A stretch of DNA of 64,000 nt, taken from positions 1,472,001-1,536,000 of the forward strand of contig CAWANH010000029.1 of the NCBI GenBank assembly GCA_963783375.1, in the 5' to 3' direction. Of this stretch, positions 29,503 through 39,406 are shown in pieces. The stretch is from Candidatus Eiseniibacteriota bacterium (lineage in GTDB: Bacteria > Eisenbacteria > RBG-16-71-46 > JABDJR01). The translations under genes and the position numbers were made by a program. Under the pieces are notes generated by a model. It was not told the DNA's origin, did no database searches, and saw only the letters and a program-made list of their open reading frames with translations. How positions within the stretch are numbered: position 1 is the stretch's first letter; every line of letters starts with the position of its first letter.

Positions 29503-30099
29503 TCATTCCCCTTCCTCCTCCGCCACGTCCTCGATGGTGCGTTTGGTGATCACCGATTCGGGCTCACTGCTGACCGGGTTCGGCGCGCGTCGGCCCCCTC
29601 GTCGTCCATCTTCACCAGGAGCCAGCGCGACTCCTTCCCCTGCCCGGTGCGGATGAGGGCGTAGCCCCTTCGAGCTTCTTACCGTGGAGCCGCACCGCGA
29701 GGTGGCCATCCCGGTAGGCTGTCTCCATCGGCACCTCGTTCCGTCCTCGTCCTCCTTCAGGTTGTCGTAGGAGCCGGCGTCCCAGACGAGGACCGCACCG
29801 CCGCCGTACTGGTCCTCGGGGATCACTCCCTCGAAGTCGGCGTAGTCCAGGGGATGGTCCTCGGTGGGCACGGCCAACCGCTTCACCCGGGGATCGGTGG
29901 AGGGGCCCTTGGGGACCGCCCAGGACTTGAGCACGCCGCCGATCTCCACGCGGAAGTCGTAGTGCCGGCTCGAGGCGTCGTGCTTCTGGATGACGAAGAT
30001 CGGGCGCTTGCCGGGTCTCTTCTTCCCGCCGCGAGGCTCTCCGGTCTTCCGGAAATCCCGCTTGTCCCGGTAGGTGTTGAAGGAACTCGATTTGCTCAT
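29503..30099 (-). CDS. ligD: LigD 3'-phosphoesterase domain protein (three single-base deletions near 29740, 29666, 29581)
   Basis: [50 protein letters not shown]; restored tail [14 protein letters not shown]...WLLVK. Confidence 0.88.
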   Translation of the reverse strand: MSKSSSFNTYRDKRDFRKTGEPRGGKKRPGKRPIFVIQKHDASSRHYDFRVEIGGVLKSWAVPKGPSTDPRVKRLAVPTEDHPLDYADFEGVIPEDQYGGGAVLVWDAGSYDNLKEDEDGTRCRWRQPTGMATSRCGSTVRSSKGLRPHPHRAGEGVALAPGEDGRRGGRRAPNPVSSEPESVITKRTIEDVAEEEGE

Positions 30100-30549
30100 G
30101 ACGACCGCTCCACGGAGAAGACCCCAGCCGATTGCATCCAATCGCGGGCTCCGCCCGCACTCCCAGAGTAGCGCTCCCGGCCGGAACGACAAACGGCGGG
30201 CAATTTGGACACTTCGTGGCTTCTCCTTGTCCCCTTCCTCCGTTGTGGAAATTGCGGGGGAATGCTGGTCCTCGGAATGCCAGGACTGCGTACGAGGAGT
30301 CGGCAGATCTGATACGACGCGCTGGGGCTGATGCGCAGGCAGGTTTCCAGGGGACATCAGGCTGCCATTGAGGACTGACGTCGACAATCCTCTCGGCGAG
30401 TGGATCAGGTGAGCGAAGCCTGTCTCATGAGTTGTTACATACTGGAAATTTACTCGTGGGAAGTCGGTCCCGGTCCGGAGTCGGCCGCAACCACGAGAAA
30501 GGGCGGCCACCCTGCGGTGACCGCCCCGATACCGGAACCGAGTCCAGTG

Positions 30550-31133
30550 CTAACGATATTGCGTCTTGATGCTTCCCCAGGTCGTCTTCTCGACGGGAAC
30601 CGGACTGAACGCCCGAACCAACCAGGTCCCGAACAGCGATGCTGCCGCGTCGTCTCCGGCGTTACCGCCAAGGCCCGCGAACCCGGAAGGGTTCTCGGGT
30701 ATGATCTGGAAGGAGTAGAGATCGTGAAACCCCGCGGACTGGGAGGATGCAAACCTGCCATAGTTGTCGTCGCTGCCGGCTCCGCAGTCCGAGGTGCACC
30801 CGAGGAGGGACATCAGGATCTGCACCGGGGCGTAGTTGCTGGTCAGGTTTCCGGGAGTCATTCCCCCGTTCGTCGCCAGCGCATCCAGCTCCTGCCCGGT
30901 CGCCACCCGGAAGCCCTCGAACTGACCGCCGGTTCCCAGTTCACTGACCACGAAATCGAAGGTGAGCCCGGCGGTCTCGGTGATATCGAGCCACTCGAGT
31001 CCGGAGCCCGAATCCTGGGTCAGAAGGCTGTCGCCCACGGCTTGCCAGTCGGCGGACTAATCGCGGCCGTGGCGGGACTGACCGGCAGGCTGGCGAGGGT
31101 GAGGAGAAGCAGGGCTAGGTAGAAACGTCTCAT
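30550..31133 (-). CDS. Secreted protein with C-terminal PVEKTTWGSIKTQYR motif (frameshift near 31055)
   Basis: ATG 31133 with signal peptide MRRFYLALLLLTLASLPVSPATA; continues SADWQAVGDSLLTQDSGSGLEWLDIT...GFRVATGQEL. Confidence 0.7.
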
Positions 31134-31406
31134 GGTGTTGGGGAATCCTTTTGGGTGCAGGTTGAGTCTCCGGGCGAGGTGATTGGGCTGGTGTCGCTGG
31201 CGCCCGGACCAAGCGACAGAATTTGTACTTTATCACACCTTGGTCGAGTCTATTAAAGCCAAATCGGGACGGCCGGACACTCCAAGAAGGGGGCCGCACC
31301 CGGGTTCTGTTGATCCCGAAAGCCCGTCCGGGCTCCCATGCCCCTCCGGTCGACCGCTTTCCGGCTCATCGGACCCGGGGCAGAGGCGCCCCCAGGCGCG
31401 GCGATG

Positions 31407-32244
31407 TCAGCGATGCTCGCGGTAGAGCCTCTTCAGCTCTCCCCGGGTGATCCGCTTTACCGGTGTGGTCTGGGCATCGTAACCCTCGCTGAACTCGATG
31501 GAGAAACATTCCCGGTAGCTGCCCGACGAACCCGGGATCGGATCGTCGACGATCTCGATGACGGGGTCGATCATCCCCGTCGTGCTCCCCGTTCTGGCCT
31601 CCCCACTGGCCATCAGGCCCGCAGAGGCGGCGGTGGACATGCTGACGAGGGTGATCGCATCCAACGGAATCTCCGTGGTCTCATCGATCGTGAACGCGTC
31701 GGAGGCCGGGTTTTTCCGTGCTGGAATTGTCGTCCACGTCCACTCTGTCGATAATGAGCACCCCCGCACCGATGACATGGAAACGGAACACGGAGTTGGC
31801 CACGGGAGAGGTGGCGCCCCGGGCCGAAGCCGAACCCGTCGCCGCTACACGGACGGGAACACCGGTCACGCCGGCGGGCGGGGACGCAGTCTCGACGATC
31901 CTGAACTGGAAATCTATAGCGACGGCGGCGGCTGGCTGGACGGAAGGACCGATCTCGGTAATGTCCCAGGCAAGCAGCAGAGTTCCCTCGGGGGGGCCCG
32001 GAGGGCCGAAAGCCACGCTCAGGTCCAGGTCGTAGCCGATCCCCGAAAGCGCTTAAGAGTGGGGCTCGGGAGCGTACGGATCGGCGCCGTCCAAGGATAC
32101 GCTCTCGTTTCCGGCCGGGAGCGAGATGGTCTCGTCCCAGAGGGCTTTGGAAAGGGAGAACTGCGCGACCGCCGAGACGGGAAGCAGGACGGAGCCTGCG
32201 GCGAGAATGAGAAGGTACGCGGCCATGCGCCGGACTTGTGCCAT
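31407..32244 (-). pseudogene. Secreted beta-sandwich-type protein with degenerate C-terminal motif TPVKRITRGELKRLY; in-frame TAA and one frameshift
   Basis: GGAGG RBS, ATG 32244, signal peptide; TAA at 32053-32055 is in frame with ORF 31681-32016; extra A in the run at 31711-31715 joins it to ORF 31407. Confidence 0.6.
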
Positions 32245-32584
32245 GAAATCCCTCCGGAAAGCGGGCACGACATCGACGGCCACTGTGCCCGCCTGCCCCG
32301 AGCGCCCTGTACAGTGCAACTCGAATTTCATAGGATCTACTCGGCTCTCTCAACCCGGCCGTTCCAGCCGGCGCCACGGAGGGCCCAGGAACCCCGGATC
32401 CTGGTCCGCCAGGGGCCAGGCCCGGGCGAACCCGCCCTCCGGAGGGAGAGGAGGCGGGTGAAGGCGGGGCCGGGGGCGAGGCCTCACCGGGGGGGGCGCC
32501 GGACCAGACCTCGCGGCCCGCTCGGGAGCCGGGGCGCCGACACATCCGGTCCGGGAATCGCGGTGAACGCGCCGGGTCCGTGCT

Positions 32585-33607
32585 CTACCTTCCCCCTTCG
32601 ATAACCCCGTCGAGAAAGGAGTGCACGCACTTCCCGAGTGCCTCGACATTGTATCCGCCTTCCTGGCAGATCAGCGTCGGAATGCCGAGCGACATGATAC
32701 GCCGGCCCACTTCGCGGTAGTCGTCCAGATCAAGCTTGAATCCACCGATTGGGTCGTTCCGGTAGGTGTCGAAGCCCGCGGCGATTATCAGGTAGGCCGG
32801 ACCGAACGCCGCGGCCGCTTCCAGGAACCGGTCGAGCGCGGAAAGGTAGGCTTCGCCACCGCTGCCCAACGGCAGAGGGAGGTTGAGATTGGTCCCCTCT
32901 CCCTGGCCGCGGCCCGTCTCCTCCGCATACCCCCAGAAGTACGGATACTCGACTTCCGGGTCGCCGTGAATCGAGGCGGTGAAGACCGACTTCTGCTCCT
33001 GGAAGAACTCCTGCGTCCCGTTCCCGTGGTGGTAGTCGATGTCGAGGATCGCGACCGTTCCGCGGGGGACGAGGTACTCGGCAGCGGTCGCGACGTTGTT
33101 GAAGTAGCAGTAGCCGCCGAAGACACGCGGCCCGGCATGGTGCCCTGACGGGCGACACAGCGAATAGACGACCCGCTCGGACCCGTCCGTGATGAGCCTT
33201 GCCCCCGTCAACGCGGTCTCTGCCGAGGCCCGGGCTACCTCGTAGGTCCTCTTCATGATGGGGGTAACCGCATCGGTGCACCAGATGCCGCCCCAGAGCG
33301 GTGAGTCGATCCGTTTTGGCAGCCGGGCCCCCTCTCCGGGGAAGAGATCCGGGTAGATCTCCTCCGTGTCGCTCTCGAGGCTCTCGGAGATCGTTCGGAT
33401 GAAATCATGGTACGGGTGGATGTTCGCGATCAGGCGTTCGGGAAACCTCTCGGCCGTGATGGTCTCAAAGCGATCGTCCTTGCCGAGGACGTCCTTGATG
33501 GCCGCCACTCGCATCGGTGTGTCCTTGACCTCGTACGACTCCCTGCCCAACTGAAATTTCCAATATGGGTTGTGAAGGCTGTCGTTGTATTTTTCAATGA
33601 CTTTCAT
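32585..33607 (-). CDS. HDAC-superfamily deacetylase (acetylpolyamine amidohydrolase-like)
   Basis: RPSGHHA, GGYCYFNN, DIDYHHGNGTQ, SIHGDP, GFD, QEGGY. Confidence 0.92.
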   Translation of the reverse strand: MKVIEKYNDSLHNPYWKFQLGRESYEVKDTPMRVAAIKDVLGKDDRFETITAERFPERLIANIHPYHDFIRTISESLESDTEEIYPDLFPGEGARLPKRIDSPLWGGIWCTDAVTPIMKRTYEVARASAETALTGARLITDGSERVVYSLCRPSGHHAGPRVFGGYCYFNNVATAAEYLVPRGTVAILDIDYHHGNGTQEFFQEQKSVFTASIHGDPEVEYPYFWGYAEETGRGQGEGTNLNLPLPLGSGGEAYLSALDRFLEAAAAFGPAYLIIAAGFDTYRNDPIGGFKLDLDDYREVGRRIMSLGIPTLICQEGGYNVEALGKCVHSFLDGVIEGGR

Positions 33608-35743
33608 GGATCTCCTTTCCCGTTCTCAGGATCTCGATCACCCGGTCATGGGGAATCGCCGGCGCAAACCGATCGCTTCTCCCCGACATGCCGCTCGAGC
33701 AGAAGATGGCATTCAGCGCCGCTTCCTCCGTCGCTTCGATCACAGCCTCGTAGATTGCGTCGATGTGGGAGTCCGAGATGCATTTCAAGTCGATGAATCT
33801 CGAAGCCTTGCTCACGCGAGGGCTACGAATGCCCGTGCTGAGCGCAAGGATGAACTCTCCGCTTGTCGATGCGGCATATGATCCGGCGCGACCGAGCCCA
33901 AGCGCGGCCCGTTTGGAAACACGGTTGAGCTGGCTCGCAAGCATCGGCACATCCGTAGCCACGATCACGATAGCCGATCCCTCGGCATTGACGCGCCGCC
34001 CCTTGCGATCGAAGACCATGTCGAGTTCCCGGCCGATGACCTTGCCGTCGATGGTCAGATTCCTCATCTTCCCGAGGTTGGAGAGAATCAGGACCCCGAG
34101 TGTGAATTGCCCTTCCGGAAGCTCCAGCGCGCGTGACGACGTGCCGATACCACCGGCGAAGTCGAAGGACATCATGCCGGCCCCGCTCCCACCGAGCCCT
34201 GCTCAATGGGGCCCGATGTCGCGGTCTGAATGGCGCGAACGGCGTCCTGTACCGTGGACGTACCGACTCGCACATCGTTGAGGAACGAGTCGTCCGCCTC
34301 TCCAACCACTGGAATTGCCACGTCCGTCTCGGTTCCAAGAGTCGGATACTTCCCGGCCAGATAGGCGATCACGCCGGAGTGAACCCGGCCCACGGAATGC
34401 GAGTTCGTGAGCAGGATCGGCGTCTCCAGCCATCCACACTCCTTCACCTGGTTCAGCCCGGCCATCTCACCGACACCGTTGAGAACGAACCCCCCGGCGA
34501 CCACCCGCTTGGTGAAGGTCCGGCCCGCGGACAGGATCGCGGTCACCCCGGTCCGCACCCGCGTCTTTTCAGACAACCCCGGTATCTGGACATCGTCCTC
34601 GATTCGGGTGACATGTCCTACGCGGACCCCCGGAATGTCGGTAATCGAATTGTTCAATCCCGCGCGCATTCGTCCCACCCGGATTCCGAGTTCCCGTAGC
34701 GTGGCCCGCTGGGGAGCGTGCTCCACATCCTCGGTCACCGCCTTCCGGACCGGCCGTATCGCCAAGCCATAGCGCCGGGCGGCCGAGCGGATGATCAAGC
34801 GCATGACCGCCTTGTAGTCGAGGCCCTTCTGTTTCGCCGCCACCATCAACGACGCGTTGGGGTGAAGGCTTGGAAGGGGGTTCAACTCGATGAAGAAGGG
34901 TTCCCCGCTCTCGTTGAGCCTTATGTCGACACGACCCACATCGGGACAGCTCATCGCTTCAAAGACGCGGCGCGCCATCTCGATGACTCTTGCCCCCTCC
35001 GCCTTCGTCGTCGACGCGGGACAGAGAACATGAACCGCTTCCGCGGCTTCTCCGCCTTGCTTCATCTCGTAGTCGTAGACGTTGAACTTCCCACCGCTTC
35101 GTTCCAGATCGAATGTGTGCTCGACGATGTCGAGAACCTGGCCCTGAAAGCTCTCGAGAATGGGGACGCTGAGCTCCTTCCCGTGAATGAACTCCTCGAC
35201 GACGAGTCCGGCGGGGTACCGGTCGAGCAGAATGCCGATTCTCAGTTGCGCGGTGCCCGGGTCCTCGACCACCGACTCCTGCGTGATCCCCTTGCTCGAA
35301 CCTTCCTTGTTGGGCTTGATCATCAAGGGGTATTGAAGGGTGTCGGGCAAGGGCTGGTCCTTGCGCGTCACCAGGATCCCCTGCGGCACCCGAATTCCAC
35401 GTGACGCAAGCACCGTCTTCGCGAGGTTCTTGTCGAGATTCAGGTGCAACAGTGATGCGTTCCCGCCCGTGAACGGAATACCGAGCTGCTCGTAGAGTCC
35501 CGGATAGAACGCTTCCCGTGAACTGCCGATCGTTCCCTCGGCGACATTGAAGATCAGGTCCGGCTCGCTCTGCAGAAGCCGGTCGACCACCTCGTTGGGC
35601 TTTCCGGACACTTCGACCGGCGTGACGGTGTGTCCCAGGGCGGAAATTGCCCCCGAAATCCGCTCGATATCCTCCGCGGTGAGATGCTCGGCCGTTTCCT
35701 CCGACATCACGATCCGCAGATTGTACGCAACAGTGATTCTCAT
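33594..35743 (-). CDS. Fusion of D-Ala-D-Ala-ligase-like ATP-grasp domain and DmpA/P1-family peptidase (one G missing at 34181-34184)
   Basis: ATP-grasp: FNVAEG, GIPFTG, KPNKEGSSKGI, VEEFIHGKE, RVDIR, IELNPLP; DmpA: NSITDIPGVRVGH, RTGVTAI, PVVGEADDSFLND, GSVGAG|AGMMSFDFAGGIGTSSR, GSAIVIVATD, EATEEA. Confidence 0.88.
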
Positions 35744-35828
35744 TCCCGCCCTTTCGCATCGCCGGGTCAGGTCCCGAACGAAACCCACGTGCAATTCGAA
35801 TGTTGCGTCGAGTATACATGAAACGTAG

Positions 35829-36139
35829 GCGCGCCCCGCCGAAGCGAGGACCTTCACCACCATGGTGACCGGCTTGGACAACACCCAGGTAACGTGGACC
35901 GTCGGCGCGGGCGACGTCGCCGGCGATATCCATGCCGCGGTCGATCCGCCGGGGAAGGAATCTCACTGCCGATCCTGACCGTCTTCACCCTCGACGCCAC
36001 CCAAATGAAGGAGTACCTGGTCGGACAGCCGGCCCGGATCGAGCGGGCCAACCCGCCAACCTGGAGCGTGATCATGGTCAACATCGGCTTCCGGGCGGAG
36101 AACGCCGTCATGGGTTCTCCGTGGCCCGGCGCCCCTTGA
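35829..36139 (+). pseudogene. 5'-truncated remnant with an Ig-like strand motif
   Basis: TFTTMVTGLDNTQVTWTV resembles bacterial Ig-like domains; preceded by an in-frame TAG at 35826; frame break before LPILTVFTLDATQMKEY... Confidence 0.35.
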
Positions 36140-36211
36140 GTTCGGACCCGGTACCCGCACCGGGGTCGTGATGCCACCCCGGCCGGCGGGAAGTCCCGGT
36201 CGCGGGTGGGG

Positions 36212-39200
36212 TCAGATCTGGTCCTTGATGTGCCGGTACAATTTCTTCAGAAAGCCGAGGCCCTCCACCTCGGGGTATACCGCGTCGAATTCCGCTTCGT
36301 CCGAAGGCCAAGTCGCGCTGCCCAGAACAAACATGAAGTCGGGGAGCGTGATCAAACCGTCCCGACCGGACACCGCCACCAGGGCCTCCCCGTCCAGGAG
36401 CATCCCACGGCGGTCCTGGTTCTGGGACCCGACGAACAACCGGGCGATGGGCCGTCCGTCCTTCCCCGGAGGCGAGGACGCGAACGTGGAATCCAGGATC
36501 GCCCCCATGGCGCTCGCGGCTCCCCCGCCGGACGGCGCGTCGAGGATGTCGGGGACGATCCCCTCGGTATCGCGGCCGTAGACCTGTCGGGACCGGATCT
36601 CGAGGTACCTCTCCAGCACGGCGGCCCATTCCGGCCGGGTCAGGCTCTGGAGCACCCCCCGGGTGAAGAACAGGTGCGTCTTGGAGTGGAGGAACGGCCG
36701 GTGCTCGGCGGGGAGTGGGATGATCCCGCCCGCCTCCTGATCCCCGGTGGTGGGAGCGGGGGGGAGGGATGTCTCTTCCTTCCGCAGCACATCCAGCACG
36801 CTCGCGTCGAAGGGGAACTCCGACTCGAGAAACGGGGTGGCCGCCCTGCGTTCCAGGACCTCCCGGATCCGCCCGGGAACGTCGTACACCGGCGTCTTCA
36901 GGTCATAGAAGCCCACGTGGAGAACACCGCCCGCGGACGAGAGCTCGCTCTTGAAATACCGGGATGCGTCGAAGAGCCGGCGCATGTTCTCGCGCATGAG
37001 GACCAGGGTCGGAACGGCACTGCTGGGCGCGTTCTCCGGAACCGGGCTCACCACGTAGACGCGAGCCCCCCGAAGCGCGGCCCCGACGACCATTCCCGCC
37101 CAGTAGTCGCTGATCCAGAGCGAATCGAAGGTCAGAATGCAGCTCTCCCTGGGGGCCAGGTTGTAGCACATGGCCTTGAGGGCGGTGGCCGGCTTCGCTC
37201 CGTAGCCGGTGCGGTTGAACAGAAGCGTCACGGGCGTGGTCCAGCCGCGTTCCCGGAGGGCGCGGCAGCGGGATTCGTAGTCCGGCGGGACGGGGAGTTC
37301 CCGCAGGTATTCGGGGACCTCGTCGGGACGGAATCCCTGACTCAGACAGAGCTCGCGTGTGGAGGTCTTGAGCTTGACCAGGGCGGGTCCGCGGACGCGA
37401 AGACTCCGATCCTCCCAGGTGGCGCCGTTGTAGTGCTCCCCCACCCCCTTGCCGGTGAAGATAGCCTCGCCCGACCCGGGATCCGTCTCGAAGACGTCCC
37501 GAAAACACAACTTCCGGTGGTCCCGGTAGGGGGAATCGGCGGCGAAGGCCCGGTCGAAGGGGTTGGTCACGTTGACCTGGACCCGGATGAGCTCCTCCCG
37601 GCGTTCTTGACTCACTCCCCGGAACGCCGCCGACGCGTCCACGGTCTCGCGCAGGCGGCGTTGGGCGGAATCCAGCCGTCGCCGGAGGTCGTCGGGCCGG
37701 AGGTGGGGCTCGTCGGGCTGGTAGAGGTGCTCCAGATGGGTGATGATCTGTCGCGAGCGGTTGTCCTGGTAGTAGTTCTCGTCGAGAAAGAGCAGGAATT
37801 GGGGGAGCCGCTCCCTCTCTCCCGCGTCAAGCGCCACCACCGCTTCGCGGAAGGCCTCGATGTAGCCGTCGATCACCAGGTCCCAGCCGAAGAGGTCGGT
37901 CTTCCCGCTCTTCCAACGTCCGCGCAGGTCGTGAATGTGCAGGACGTGGTAGGTCTCGGTGTCCCGGATCATCCGCTTGAGCTCGAGGTGGAACTGCTCG
38001 TTGGGGAGGTATTCGATCGTGTTGGCGTCGGTGGAGACTCCCCCGGTCAGCGCCGTCGCCAGGGAGTCCCACTCCTCGGGGGTGTCGTACTGGGAGGGGC
38101 GGAGCCCGTAGTTGAGGGGCAGCCAGACCAGGCGGGACTGCTGCAGCCAGAAGATGATCGATTGCTTCCAACGCTTCCTGGACGCTTCCGCCACCCCGTT
38201 GATCCGGGCCACCGTACGCCGGAATGCCTCCCGGCACCACATCCGCCCCAGTCGGTTTCGCTCCGGATCCGGCCCGTTCAGGGCGGGGTAGGCGGCCAGG
38301 TACGCGTCGAAGTCCATCCGCGCCGCAAGCGCCAGCCCCCACACGTTGTGGGGCTTCTTGTTCTGACCGAACAACCGGTTGAAGGGGATAAGGATCCGCT
38401 TAAGGATCACCGACTCCGCCTCGCGAGCAATCGCCTCACCGGACGCGCCGTCCCCACCCACCGCAATCCGGAAGGCATGGGCCAGCTCCCGATGGTAGGC
38501 GGCGTCCTCCTCCGCAAAGGTGTGGCCCGGGCGGCGGATGTGATCCCGGTAGGCGCGGGCGTCCCCCTCGAATTCGTCCCCGCCCCCGAACCTGGGCGTG
38601 AGCAGCTCGTCCATCCACTTGACCGCGGTTTCCACCCGCTGCATGGAGGCATCGAAGCCCGCCGGCATCTCCGTAGCTACCAGAGCCCGGTCGGGCTTCG
38701 GCCGCTCCCCTTCGGGCAGCGACGCGTGGATCTCCCGCGGGCGGGTCATCCGGTAGGAGCGAAACGGACTGTTGAAGGTGAACCCCACCAGCACCTGCCG
38801 GTCCCAAGGGCGATAGTCCAGGCGGAGTTCATCTCCGTTCCGGAAGAGCCCTCCCCGCTTCAGGGCGATCTCGGCGCAGATGTCCGGGATGTACTCGTGA
38901 TCGGCAAAGCTATACTCGATCCCCGCCTTCACCCACGGAATCTTGAGGTAGGCGCCGATACCCAGGTCGAGAGAGCTCCCTACGGTGCCCACCACCCCTT
39001 CCATGGTCAGGTTGGCCAACCCCACCTGCGGAACGCTCGGAGTGGCGTTCGCAGCGATGAAGAGCCTGGACCTCTGGCGCTCGGCGTCGAAATCGTAGCC
39101 GCCCAGCGGACCCCAGGTGAGGGTCACACGCCGGGGTTGACCCATGGTGCGGGGGGTGTCGGGAAACGGGGCAGGGGGAGCCGCGGTCGCCGGGACGGCG

Positions 39201-39253
39201 GCGAACAGACTGAGCAGAGCCAGACCGAGGGGCCGAAGGCGCGTCCGTATCAC
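36212..39253 (-). CDS. Large secreted phospholipase D-superfamily protein
   Basis: Signal peptide; HRKLCFRD...FTGKGVGEHY...WEDRSLRVRGPA; second motif HSKTHLFF and VGSQNQDRRGMLLDGE. Confidence 0.75.
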   Translation of the reverse strand: MIRTRLRPLGLALLSLFAAVPATAAPPAPFPDTPRTMGQPRRVTLTWGPLGGYDFDAERQRSRLFIAANATPSVPQVGLANLTMEGVVGTVGSSLDLGIGAYLKIPWVKAGIEYSFADHEYIPDICAEIALKRGGLFRNGDELRLDYRPWDRQVLVGFTFNSPFRSYRMTRPREIHASLPEGERPKPDRALVATEMPAGFDASMQRVETAVKWMDELLTPRFGGGDEFEGDARAYRDHIRRPGHTFAEEDAAYHRELAHAFRIAVGGDGASGEAIAREAESVILKRILIPFNRLFGQNKKPHNVWGLALAARMDFDAYLAAYPALNGPDPERNRLGRMWCREAFRRTVARINGVAEASRKRWKQSIIFWLQQSRLVWLPLNYGLRPSQYDTPEEWDSLATALTGGVSTDANTIEYLPNEQFHLELKRMIRDTETYHVLHIHDLRGRWKSGKTDLFGWDLVIDGYIEAFREAVVALDAGERERLPQFLLFLDENYYQDNRSRQIITHLEHLYQPDEPHLRPDDLRRRLDSAQRRLRETVDASAAFRGVSQERREELIRVQVNVTNPFDRAFAADSPYRDHRKLCFRDVFETDPGSGEAIFTGKGVGEHYNGATWEDRSLRVRGPALVKLKTSTRELCLSQGFRPDEVPEYLRELPVPPDYESRCRALRERGWTTPVTLLFNRTGYGAKPATALKAMCYNLAPRESCILTFDSLWISDYWAGMVVGAALRGARVYVVSPVPENAPSSAVPTLVLMRENMRRLFDASRYFKSELSSAGGVLHVGFYDLKTPVYDVPGRIREVLERRAATPFLESEFPFDASVLDVLRKEETSLPPAPTTGDQEAGGIIPLPAEHRPFLHSKTHLFFTRGVLQSLTRPEWAAVLERYLEIRSRQVYGRDTEGIVPDILDAPSGGGAASAMGAILDSTFASSPPGKDGRPIARLFVGSQNQDRRGMLLDGEALVAVSGRDGLITLPDFMFVLGSATWPSDEAEFDAVYPEVEGLGFLKKLYRHIKDQI

Positions 39254-39298
39254 GGAACCCTCCTGGTCAAGGGATTCGCCCGATCCGGACCAACATCA

Positions 39299-39326
39299 AT
39301 TATATCCGATCGTATTTCAAGGACAA
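39299..39326 (-). promoter_or_regulatory. Sigma70-type promoter of the PLD gene
   Basis: TTGTCC-N16-TATAAT on the minus strand in an AT-rich patch, about 45 nt upstream of the start. Confidence 0.55.
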
Positions 39327-39406
39327 TCTTCGGACTCTCAGACGGCCGGCTACCGTTGTCCGCTTCGCTCGGGAGGCGTGGCGCAACCACCGCCCCCGGT
39401 GGGGAC

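Noticed and set aside
30100-30549. Possible ncRNA, attC site or small gene in the AT-richer gap; long N-terminal extension of ORF 29503-30510
   Set aside because: No convincing stem structure, attC boxes or coding motif; the PE domain starts at 30099 after a GGAG RBS
32053-32055. Stop-codon recoding (Sec/Pyl)
   Set aside because: The codon is TAA, not TGA or TAG, and the protein has no redox-motif context
34172-34175. ATGA overlap suggesting two genes (34172-35884 and 33594-34175)
   Set aside because: The break falls inside the conserved DmpA motif GSVGAGxGM..F...GGIG..SR and is repaired by one G
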